Shown here: positions 26,530 to 36,606 of the stretch, in pieces
Layout of the letters: each line of letters opens with the position of its first letter
How positions within the stretch are numbered: the first letter of the stretch is position 1
DNA from: Eledone cirrhosa
Lineage: Eukaryota
Length of the DNA stretch: 64,000 nucleotides
Reading direction: 5' to 3'
NCBI GenBank assembly: GCA_964016885.1
Contig: OZ024743.1
Coordinates: 73,408,001-73,472,000 of the forward strand
Translations under genes and position numbers: made by a program
Notes under the pieces: model-generated
Seen by the model: only the letters and a program-made list of their open reading frames with translations
What the model was told of the DNA's origin: nothing
Database searches by the model: none

Positions 26530-29500
26530 AAGAAAACCCGTGACCAAGAAATACCGGGATAGCGGCCGACGGGGAATAGCCGTGTCTCTAGGGGAGAACG
26601 ACCCCTCTAGTCTTGGTTGACACTCGTTCTAGAAGTGGTAACACGAAATGATTACCCCTTGGTGGATAAGGATAAAACGCGACAAAATAAAGTAAATGTC
26701 TAATGATAAAATCTCATACCGGATCGGCCGTCACCCGGATAAAAAAGGGCCGCGTCCCTCAGAGAGGAACCAGACTGGGGTCGAAAAATCAGCTAATGGT
26801 TCAAACCTTTCCATCACTTCGGAGCTGGAGACCTCCCATAACCGGAATACTCCTACTGTGGCCCTCCATGCTCACCACCAAGAAATCCAAAGAAAAAGAG
26901 AGAAAAATGGTCAAGGGAAGATAATAAAGAAGTCCTTGAGGCTTTCTACACTGCCATGTACTACCCATCAAATACATCGAATACAGAACAGACATATATC
27001 AACTGGAAAAAGAAACATCCCGAAAACAGAGGCTATATTGACAGTAACAAACTAGCCAATATACGAAGAGATATTGTAAAAAAAAAGTTACTAACTGATA
27101 TAGAAATTGATCAGATCAAGCTATTAGCACAAAGTCAGCGAAGGGAAAATGAAACATGTGTCAGTGAAAACGATTTAAATTGTAACACTTCGGATCCCAG
27201 GGTTGGGGCGGAATCACTGGCAACAGAACAAATTAAAGAAAGGATCGAAAAAGTGGAGGGAGTGCATGCTCAAGATGAAACTCCAAATGAAAATAATGAG
27301 GTCGTAAATGATAAAGAAATGAATGAGAATGAACTTGCCAACTTGAAGGATGAAATTATGATCGAATGGATGAAAATGAAAGAATCTGACATGGGGAAAC
27401 GAGACACCCTCCCTAAGATCCAGAACTCCAAACAGAACCAAAAGATAATACACAAGACTAACATAATTCTCAAAAACATTATCATCACAAACAAACTAAA
27501 CATTACTGATTTAAATCATCTCTATTATGCATCGGCTAAAGTCACCACTCACTTATCTGGAGTGAAGATGAAAAAAGAAAGGAATTCCCACAAGAAATCT
27601 ACTTGGCAAGAGAACATCAAGCTCCAAATAAACCTTCTCCGATCTGACAGAAATTTTAACAAACTATAAAGTAGGTGAACATGTTAAACAAACTAAACTT
27701 AGAAAATTGAAAAGAAAGTATAGTATAAAATCAACAAGTGACATAGACATGCTGATAGAAATAATCAAGCAAAAAGTGTCGGCCAAAGCTGCTCGTATAA
27801 GGCGCTTTGAAAAACGATCTAGATTCTATAAGGACAATAATATGTTCAAAAACAACCAAAGAAACTTCTACAGAAAAATTGGTAAGTCAACAATAACTGC
27901 TAAATCAATACCACCCAAGGAGGAAGTGCAAGAATTCTGGGAAAAGATCTGGGCCGAAGAAAAAGTTCATAACATACATGCCCCATGGATAGACAGACAA
28001 ATGAAAGATACAGCTCACCTTGAGGAACAAATATGGGAAAACATAACAGTTGAACAGTTGCGCTTGGCTCTAAGAAAAACCAGCAAATGGAAATCCCCAG
28101 GAAAAGACAAAAAAAATTTTTTTGGATAAATGCCTTCACAGAGTCTCATGAGCTGTTAGCCCAACTTTACAATGAAATAGTTAAGGAGCCAGAAAAGATA
28201 CCATCATGGCTATTTAACGGCATTACATTCCTGCTTCCGAAGAATGATGAGACAAACAATCCCAAAAATTACAGACCGATAACTTGCTTGACCACAATGT
28301 ATAAAATTTTAACATCAGTCCTAACTGAATGCACATATGACCACCTGATAACAAATGACCTATTTCCCATTGAGCAGAAAGGGTGTAAATGAGGCTCATA
28401 TGGCTGTAAGGATCAGCTTTTGGTTAACAAAATGATACTGGAAGATTGTCATAATAGACACAAAAATCTATCAATTGCTTGGACAGATTATAAAAAAGCA
28501 TTCGATAATGTGCCACACAGTTGGATTGAAAAATGTTTAGAGATTTTCAAAATATCCCCCGTTGTCAGGAGGTTTTGTCATTCAGTATGAAGACATGGAA
28601 AACGACACTCCTTTTGAATAGTGAAACAAAATCACTGGAAGCTGGAGAAGTTAATATTAATTGTGGAATTGTTCAGGGTGACTCTTTATCACCGCTTTTA
28701 TTCTGCATCGCACTTATACCATTAAGTAAAATGCTAAATGAAACAAAACATGGATATAGAGTCTATGACAAAACCATTAATCACTTGTTCTACATGGATG
28801 ACCTGAAACTATTTGCAAAAAATGATGAACAATTGCAAGGGCTATTATCCACTGTGGAGCAGTTCAGTGATGACATTAAAATGGAGTTTAGACTAGATAA
28901 ATGCGCCAAAGCAACGTTCACCAGAGGAAAGCTGCTGAAGAGTTCAGACATTAATCTTGATCGGGGGAACGTGATAAGATTACTTGATCAAGAAAAAACT
29001 TACAAATATCTAGGTGTTTGTGAAGGAGACGGAATCAAGCACTCGACAATGAGGGAAAGGATAAGGAAGGAATGTTACCGCAGAGTAAGAGCAATCTTAA
29101 GAACGGAATTGAATGCAAGGAATAGGATCGATGCCATAAACACGCTTGCCATACCAGTAGTAACCTACAGTTACAATGTCATCAACTGGTCAAGCACAGA
29201 GATCCGTAGGCTCGATACAAAAATTCGAAAATTCTTAACCATGTACAGAATGCATCACCCTAAGGCAGATATAGATAGAATATATCTCCCTAGGAAAGAA
29301 GGAGGAAGTGGGTTAGTCCAGTTAGAAATTGCGTTGAAAACTGCAACAACTGGATTATCTACATATCTAAGGGAATCACATGATTGGATGATCAAACTCG
29401 TTTTGAAACACGAAAGAATCAAAAGATCATATTCCATTACAAAAGATGCACAAAGATACAGTAATGGACTACAAATTTCAGAAGTCCCATTTACTGCTGA

Positions 29501-30486
29501 AATGGAAAACACAGAAAAAGCAAAGCAGGTAAAAGTAACTGCAAAGAAAGAACTGCTACAGAAACTGGCTAAGAAATGGCAAGAAAAGCCTCTGTATGGA
29601 AAATACCCAGAACGGGCTAACAATCCTGATGTTGACAAAACTTTACCCCATCAGTGGTTGGCATCCTCTGGACTGAAATCGGAGACTGAAGGACTGATTA
29701 TATCACCACAAGATCAGTGTCTGCCAACAAAAAATTACCAAGCCAACATAATAAAAAATGGATGCAGCCCATTATGCCGTGTATGCAAAAAACAACCAGA
29801 GACCATTGACCATATAATTTCAATGTGCAGTCCTATAGCTCCAACCGAATACCTAAACAGGCATGACAGAGCTGCACAATACATACATTGGATAATGTGA
29901 AAGCATTTTGACCTGCCCCATCAAAAGAATTGGTGGGAGCATCAACCACCTCCCATACTTGAAAAAGATCACATCTCAACCTTGGGGAACTTTAGCATCC
30001 AAACAGACCGAAAAATAGATGCAAATAGACCTGATATAATATTGAAGGACTTTAAAAAGATGGTATGCCTGCTAATTGATATGTCCATTCCAATAGACAA
30101 GAATGTATCTATAAAGACATTTGAAAAATTGAGCAAGTATAAGGACCTGGAGATAGAAATTGGAAAAATGTGGAAATTGAGAACTAAAACAATACCAGAG
30201 GTTGTGGGCGCTCTGGGAATGATACCTAAGGGGTCTAATGATTACTTATCGCAAATCCCAGGAAACCCGAGTATAGGAAAAATACAAAAGATAGTACTAA
30301 TAGGAACTGCCCATATACTAAGGAAGATTCTGTCAATATAAGTACATCACAAGTCTAAACACTAAAGATGCATGTGTGAGTATGTATGTTCTTTCTTGAA
30401 CATGACGGACCTTGTTGTCTCTTGAGGTCACTGTTTGTGACTTGGTGATAACTCGTATGAACATAAAGCAAGATAAATGCAACTGT
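26530..30486 (+). mobile_element. Near full-length R4/Dong-clade retrotransposon, frameshifted
   Basis: ORF pieces 26956-30341: WKSPG, NYRPITCL, QKGC, DYKKAFD, QGDSLSP, YMDD, YKYLG, CCHC, RHD, RPD, KLSKY. Ends in (TAA)n. 5' boundary is approximate. Confidence 0.9.
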
Positions 30487-30800
30487 AATAATAATAATAA
30501 TAATAATAATATTAATAATAATGATAATAATAATAATGATTTCTTTATTAACCACAAGGGTTTACATAAAGTAGACATTAAGGACAGTGCAGGACAATGC
30601 AGGACGGTACAAATGGGCATTTCTGCGTGTAAAAAAACAAAAACAGAGGATGTAACAAAAATAACAATGAAAATAACAATGAAAAATTCCCCAATAGGGG
30701 GGGAGACTTCGGAGGGACATTTGTGGAGAAAGCCCAGTAAAAAGCCACAATGACCCTGACCACCAAGGCAAGTGCCCTCTCCCAGTTTTCCACCTTTAGT

Positions 30801-33800
30801 TTACAGATATATACTCAGAGTCGGCCCATTCACTCGGGCCATTCTTGCTTCTCTCACCCATCTTTCAACAAAATGCTGGGAAGAGAGCACTTCCTTCTCT
30901 ACTCTGATTTTCCTTTTCAAATGAAATTTGAAAAAGTCAATCAGAGCATCACCGAAGAGGTAAGTGCTCGTCTTCAGCCCTTTCAAACGTGTCCACCATA
31001 CTATCTCTTTCGCCATGGCCACCAGACAGATAAAAACTGCCTGCCCTTCCCGGCTAAAGGAGGAGGGCGGGGCAATCCTCACGATAGACTCAGATGATAG
31101 CTGGATCCGTCCTAAACGCGACAGCAGGTGTTCGACATAAACCCACAAGTCAGCAATTTTCGGACACTGGACGAGTGCGTGCAGGACGGTTTCGTCGCTC
31201 TGCGCGCATCTCGGACATGCCCGGCTGACGGCACCTCCATGCCTGTAGAGTTTATCCCGAACTGGCAAGGCTCCTCGGTAGCACTGCCAGGCCAGAGATT
31301 TCTGGAAGTTGTCCATAGGCCCTGGCCCGAAAGTTCTTCCGAAGAGATTGGCTAGTTGATTTTCGTCGACGCCTAGAGTTTCCCCAAGTACGTCGTCGCT
31401 CTTCCCCTCCACTAATCCTCTATAGAACGCCGAGGTGGAGTTTCCACCGATCACATTGCCCGATTGGTCGAGGGCTGTGAGCGCCTGAAGACATTCCAGT
31501 CTCCAGGCGCTCCCTCTCGGTCTTCGCTTGACCCAGGACTGCAGCTCCGTCAAGGAAACGAGCTGGGGAAAAACGCGTCTAGCAAACGGCGACCACACCT
31601 GATCACCGTCGAGGAAGAGGTGGAGATGTCGTAGCCTGAGCGCGTGCCTGCGCATCATCAGCCACGGCATGCCCAGCCCTCCACGTAGCGGGTGTTGACA
31701 ACAGATGGACCGCCTGACCATCGGAGCACGTCCCTTCCACAAAAAGCGAAAGAGCAAACGCTCCAGCGCAGTCAGGCGAGGCTTAGGACAAGGTACGACG
31801 GTTAGGCGGTAGCAGATGACAGACGCGATGTACGCGTTAGCCACCTCCGCTCGACCTTTCAGGGATAGCTTCCTCTCCGCCCATTTCTGGGTGAGAGAAG
31901 CCACCCTGCTCGTCACCTCGTCCCAGTTTTTGTCCGTCTGGAGGTCCGGACCGAACCAGACCCCTAGCAATTTAACCGGTCCGTCCGTCCAGCGCCCGAC
32001 GACGCTGTTGGACGGCATGGACCTGCCTCTCCAGGTGCCGAGCTGCAGGCCCACTGACTTTTCCTGGTTGATCATTGCTCCTGTCACCGCTTCGTATTCT
32101 CTTAGTGTAGTGCCGATCGCCTCGATGTGTTTGGCGTTCGACACCACTACGGTGACATCGTCCGCATATGCTGACACGGATCTTCCGCATCCTAGTTCGC
32201 GCGGGACTCCCCTCAACGTCTCCAGTTTGTGCAGTAATGGCTCGAGAGTCAATACGTACAAGAGGGACGAGAGGGGACATCCTTGGCGGACCGAGCGCAT
32301 GATGTTGAACGGTTCCGACAGGTGTCCGTTCACTCTCACCACAGAGCAGATGTCGCTGTGCATGGCAGCGATCCAGCCTCTGAAGACGGGCCCAAAGCCA
32401 GCCGCCCTCAGGACTGCCGCTAGGTAACGATGGTCGACCCTATCGAAAGCTTTCGACTGATCTAAATTGATCAAGGACCCACCCGTGCCAGGTTCCCTAG
32501 CTACCCTCTCTACGATGTATCGCATGAGGTGGAGGTTGTCGTGGATGGATCTGTCGGGAATGGCGCATGTCTGCGCCTCTCCCACCAGACCACCAACGAC
32601 AAGCGCCAACCTCTTTGCTAGCACCTTGGCCAAAATCTTAAACTCTGTGTTTAGCAGAGTTATGGGCCGGAAATTGTCTATGTTATCCCCCTTGTTCGGA
32701 TCCTTTCTCAGCAGTGCCACCGCTCCTCGGCTCACAGAACTGGGAATTCTCCCGTTCTGTTGCCAGTTGCAGTAGACGTCCGCCAAGAGGCCTCCGAACA
32801 AGTCTGGCATCTGTACGTAAAGTTCATAGGGCAGACCATCCAAACCAGGCGATTTACCCCTTGTGCAGCCAGTCATTGCCTCCCTTACTTCAGCGGCTGT
32901 TATCGGCTTTTCGCAACACTTCGCCTCAGTGGCCGAGAGCCGCGGCAGTCCGTCGAGGTAGACACTAAAGTCCATCCCTCTACCCGGCCCCCCGCTGCCC
33001 CCTAACAGCTGAGCGAAGTGTCGCTGAAAAGCTTCACACATTTGCCCGGGATCGAGTAGCATGCGCCCGTCGTGGTCCACCAAAGACCGGATCGTGGCTT
33101 TGTTGCCACGACGCGCCTCCGCCACTCGGGCCCATTGAACGGCTTTCGTCCCCTCGTGTCTGAGAGCACGCACCCTAGCTCTGACAACGCAGCCTTCGTG
33201 CTTTGCATTGAAGAATTGGTCAAGGGCCAATTTCGCCGCAAGCACGTCGGTCGCAATGCCTTTGCTAAGCGCCTCGTCTAATTTTCTAACTAGTTCTCCC
33301 TCTGCTCTATTTTTCTCTATTGCTAAAGCCTTACTAAACCTAATCGATTCTATTCTAATCGCTCTTTTCAGAGCAAACCACCACTTGTTGTTGACGATGG
33401 CCCCCGTCAACGCCCGCTTAACTAGTTCGCTAATCCGGTCTCTGTAGGCCTTGCGCGCTGGTAAGGACGCGTTTAGCTTCCAGTAGCCGGGTCCTCGTCT
33501 ATGAAGCCTATCTAAGTCAAGCACACAGATCACGAATTTGTGGTCCGTGTAGCTGACTATCTTGAATTGTGGACAGCCTATGCTAGACCTATCTATTTCC
33601 CTACAAAATACTCTATCTAGATATGATCTGGATGACCCTATGCGGTTTGTCCAAGTCCACATTGGCACATTCGGGAAATCCAATCGGTACCTGTCAGACA
33701 GTTCAAAACGCCTGAGCAGGTTGGTGAGGCTCTTGCACCCTCCACCCCTATCCGCTAATCCCACACAGTCCCAGCGTGCATCTAAGATCCCGTTCCAGTC

Positions 33801-34220
33801 GCCCACTAACACTAAAGAGCGGGACGTTCCAAGAAAGGTCTCCAGACGCCGGAAGAAATCAGGCCGCCCTGCTCCTGTCGGGGCATAGACGGCCACTAGC
33901 CTGAAAGCTTGCCCGTCTCCGCTGGTCACGTCCAGCACCACCAGCTTACCCTCTGGGTCCAGGAAGATGGCCCGTATGGCGAGATCCAAACCTCTCCGAA
34001 AAAGCACAGCAACTCCTCCACCGGATCCAGGACGGCTGGGAGATGCGTACACATCGTAGCCGCCGAAGATCGGTGCGAAGGCCCGTGCTTCGGAGATTCT
34101 GGTCTCGCTGATGGCCACTACATCTATGTTTAGTGACCTGAGGTCGTTGAGCAGGTGACCCTGCTTCCATGACGACCCCAAGCCACGCGCATTTATGCTG
34201 CCTATTCTGAGTGAGGTCAT
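30801..34220 (-). CDS. ORF2: APE endonuclease + reverse transcriptase + C-terminal zinc finger (1139 aa)
   Basis: SINARGL, SETR, GDWN, DRVF, TDHK; PGLDG, RPITLLN, DQSKAFDRV, QGCPLS, YADD; CPRC...HALVQC. Confidence 0.95.
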   Translation of the reverse strand: MTSLRIGSINARGLGSSWKQGHLLNDLRSLNIDVVAISETRISEARAFAPIFGGYDVYASPSRPGSGGGVAVLFRRGLDLAIRAIFLDPEGKLVVLDVTSGDGQAFRLVAVYAPTGAGRPDFFRRLETFLGTSRSLVLVGDWNGILDARWDCVGLADRGGGCKSLTNLLRRFELSDRYRLDFPNVPMWTWTNRIGSSRSYLDRVFCREIDRSSIGCPQFKIVSYTDHKFVICVLDLDRLHRRGPGYWKLNASLPARKAYRDRISELVKRALTGAIVNNKWWFALKRAIRIESIRFSKALAIEKNRAEGELVRKLDEALSKGIATDVLAAKLALDQFFNAKHEGCVVRARVRALRHEGTKAVQWARVAEARRGNKATIRSLVDHDGRMLLDPGQMCEAFQRHFAQLLGGSGGPGRGMDFSVYLDGLPRLSATEAKCCEKPITAAEVREAMTGCTRGKSPGLDGLPYELYVQMPDLFGGLLADVYCNWQQNGRIPSSVSRGAVALLRKDPNKGDNIDNFRPITLLNTEFKILAKVLAKRLALVVGGLVGEAQTCAIPDRSIHDNLHLMRYIVERVAREPGTGGSLINLDQSKAFDRVDHRYLAAVLRAAGFGPVFRGWIAAMHSDICSVVRVNGHLSEPFNIMRSVRQGCPLSSLLYVLTLEPLLHKLETLRGVPRELGCGRSVSAYADDVTVVVSNAKHIEAIGTTLREYEAVTGAMINQEKSVGLQLGTWRGRSMPSNSVVGRWTDGPVKLLGVWFGPDLQTDKNWDEVTSRVASLTQKWAERKLSLKGRAEVANAYIASVICYRLTVVPCPKPRLTALERLLFRFLWKGRAPMVRRSICCQHPLRGGLGMPWLMMRRHALRLRHLHLFLDGDQVWSPFARRVFPQLVSLTELQSWVKRRPRGSAWRLECLQALTALDQSGNVIGGNSTSAFYRGLVEGKSDDVLGETLGVDENQLANLFGRTFGPGPMDNFQKSLAWQCYRGALPVRDKLYRHGGAVSRACPRCAQSDETVLHALVQCPKIADLWVYVEHLLSRLGRIQLSSESIVRIAPPSSFSREGQAVFICLVAMAKEIVWWTRLKGLKTSTYLFGDALIDFFKFHLKRKIRVEKEVLSSQHFVERWVREARMARVNGPTLSIYL

Positions 34221-34255
34221 GTTTAAAATAGAGTGGAAAAGATGGGAAAGACCAC

Positions 34256-36352
34256 TTACCGTACTTTTGGTAGAGGAGGGATGGTTTTTACATCCCTTTT
34301 CACTTGATCGTCTGGTGAAGGGACCGTTGAATCGTCCCTTCGGCTGGTCGTCGGCTCTTCTAAGAGAATGTCTGAGTATACTCTTCGATTGATGGTTCCT
34401 CCTAGGTCCCTGAAATCACCAACTGCGTTGGGGAATTTCGTTTTAATATTTGTGTATTGTTTCTGTGCTATTTTTAGCAGTCTTATGTTAGTTGGCGTTT
34501 TGATTGGTGCTGGTATTATGTAGTCCTGTTGTGAAATGTCTGTGTGTTCAATTATGTAAGTCATTAGTTTCTTGTTGTGTGTATTTATTGCCGTGCATTT
34601 GTTTTTCTGGGGGTGGGGTGTGGTTCTGCTATTTTCTTGTCGTTGTTGCTGGGTGTGTGTGTTTTGTTGTTGTGTTTGCGATGTTGGTGCTTGTGGTGGT
34701 GGTGTTGAAGGTGTTGTTGCCGGTGGGGTTGTCGCCGGTGGTGATGGTGGCGCTAGTGTGGGTGGTGATGGTGTTGGTGTTGTTGCTGCTGTGGGTCTCT
34801 TTGCAGTAGACTTTACCCTTTTCTCATTTCTTTCCTCACTTTTCAAAGGCGACGATGCGCTGCTTCTGCGTTTGTGCCTTCTTACGACCTTTTGCCATCT
34901 CTCTCCCACCTCACACTCCATGTCTGATTCTGTGAGGTCGGGGAGGGGTACCAACTCCACTCTTTCACTTGTTGTTGTTGGTGATGTTTGCACTGGAGTC
35001 TCTGTTGCAGCTGCATTTGGTATTGCTGTTGTTGTTGTTAGTATTTCCACTGCTGCTGCTGTTTTTGATTTCCGTGGAGTGGGTATGGGTGCCACGGGCC
35101 TATCGTTCCTGGTTGCCGCTTGTCCTGTTGCTGGTAGCCGTGGAGCCGGATTCGGAAGGAGGGGGGTTTTCTCCTTTCTCAGGGTCTTCTCGTTGCAGAA
35201 GGCCCTGAGGTGAGTCTTCGATCCACAGCGAAAGCATTTCGGGCGTTTGCCCTCAACACTTATGGGAAGTTGAGTGCCGTTATCGAAGTCTATCACATCC
35301 GGGATAGCTTCGATGCACTCCTGGTTGGTTTGGATTAGCATCTCAATGGAGGAGCCGACCCAATCTTCTCTTACTTTTTTCTGTACTTGCAGTACAGTTG
35401 TTTTGTCCTCGATTCCGACGAGGACAGACGCGGCCAGCCAAGAAGGGGTCATTCCGGGGGGGACGTGGGTCAGTTTGACCCTCACAATTTTTTGCCCACA
35501 GTAGGAGGGCACCAACACCATTTCCTCGCTCCTTAGGGTCACTACTGATTGGGCCTTTGCCTCCTGGGGTGTGGCAAAAAGTACGTCTACGGTGGCATAT
35601 TTTTTGCCTCGGGTGATGTGCGTTTTCCGCTGCCACACAGACCCCAAGGCTTTTTGTATTTGGGCCTCTGTGGCTCTTTCCACCCTACGGGATTTTGTAC
35701 TTACTGTACGGTACGTGACCGTACAGTGCTCTTGGGTTTCGAAAAAATTTTTCGCTGCCTTGCAGATTGCTCGGTGTCCGTTCTTTGTCACCATCTTCTT
35801 CGCTTCCTCTAATTCCTCATTTGTTATGAGGATTGTTTCCAAATTTTTCGCAATACCTGCAAATGAGATTGGTTTTTCTCTGCTGTTGTTGTTGTCGTCA
35901 GAGCTGCTGGTACTTTTGTTGTTGCTGCAGGTACTACGACTACTGCCTCCGCCGCTGTTGCTGTGGTTGTTGTTGGTGTTGCTGCTGCTAATGCTGTTGT
36001 TGTTTATGCTGCTGGTGATGCTGTTGCGGCTGCTACTGTTGTTTTCATTGTCACTGTTGCTGTTGTTATTACGGCTGCTACTGCTATTATTCCTGACGTC
36101 AGACGAATGAACTGGGTTTTCGTATTTCCCGCACACCTGTTTCGTCGCTGTCGTCGTCGTCGTGGAGAAACCTTGCACGCTTTGCACGAGACTTTTCTTT
36201 TCTTTCGTCACTTGCGAAAGAGAAGGGAGGGAGAGAGACACATTTAAAGAAGGGAGGGAGAGAGACAATCTTCTCTCTGCTGTAGTGATGATTGAGGAAG
36301 AAGAAGACGGAATGAGTGGGAGTGACGTATGAAATTTCTTTTTGGTAGCCAT
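34256..36352 (-). CDS. ORF1: gag-like nucleic-acid binding protein with CCHC knuckle (~698 aa from MATKK)
   Basis: CFRCGSKTHLRAFC (CX2CX4HX4C) with Ser/Asn- and Pro/Thr-rich low-complexity flanks. Lies upstream of ORF2. Confidence 0.85.
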   Translation of the reverse strand: MATKKKFHTSLPLIPSSSSSIITTAERRLSLSLPSLNVSLSLPSLSQVTKEKKSLVQSVQGFSTTTTTATKQVCGKYENPVHSSDVRNNSSSSRNNNSNSDNENNSSSRNSITSSINNNSISSSNTNNNHSNSGGGSSRSTCSNNKSTSSSDDNNNSREKPISFAGIAKNLETILITNEELEEAKKMVTKNGHRAICKAAKNFFETQEHCTVTYRTVSTKSRRVERATEAQIQKALGSVWQRKTHITRGKKYATVDVLFATPQEAKAQSVVTLRSEEMVLVPSYCGQKIVRVKLTHVPPGMTPSWLAASVLVGIEDKTTVLQVQKKVREDWVGSSIEMLIQTNQECIEAIPDVIDFDNGTQLPISVEGKRPKCFRCGSKTHLRAFCNEKTLRKEKTPLLPNPAPRLPATGQAATRNDRPVAPIPTPRKSKTAAAVEILTTTTAIPNAAATETPVQTSPTTTSERVELVPLPDLTESDMECEVGERWQKVVRRHKRRSSASSPLKSEERNEKRVKSTAKRPTAATTPTPSPPTLAPPSPPATTPPATTPSTPPPQAPTSQTQQQNTHTQQQRQENSRTTPHPQKNKCTAINTHNKKLMTYIIEHTDISQQDYIIPAPIKTPTNIRLLKIAQKQYTNIKTKFPNAVGDFRDLGGTINRRVYSDILLEEPTTSRRDDSTVPSPDDQVKRDVKTIPPLPKVR

Positions 36353-36565
36353 GTTTTTTTGTTTAAAATGAAATTTTGGGTACAAAACCCCAATAACTGG
36401 TTATTTAACCCCGAAGGGCCAAATAACGGACAGAAAGACCCCTCTCACGAGGAGGAGGGTGTCTTTATCAACAATTTGGTTCAAGTTTTAAACAATTTAC
36501 AATTGTTTTAACGGTTAAAAATTACTATACCTTACAGAGCCGAGCCTCCGTCAACCATGGCATTC

Positions 36566-36604
<39 letters not shown>

Positions 36605-36606
<2 letters not shown>

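Larger units (their letters stand above)
30538..36565 (-). mobile_element. Full-length Tx1/L1-type LINE, copy 1 (intact ORFs)
   Basis: 5'UTR, ORF1, ORF2 and a 3'UTR with AATAAA then an (ATT)n tail. Termini identical to copy 2. Confidence 0.95.

Noticed and set aside
26540-26800. HDV-like ribozyme in the R4/Dong 5'UTR
   Set aside because: Hairpins and a GCUAAU segment are present, but I could not assemble the nested double pseudoknot by eye. Needs a motif search.
31816-35213. Antisense ORFs over the Tx1 elements (e.g. 203 aa, 213 aa)
   Set aside because: Shadow frames of GC-rich or low-complexity coding sequence with no recognisable motifs.
36515-36565. Spliced-leader-like signal (AAG|GTA then AATTTTT) at the Tx1 5' end
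   Set aside because: The Sm-site match is imperfect and too short to distinguish from chance.
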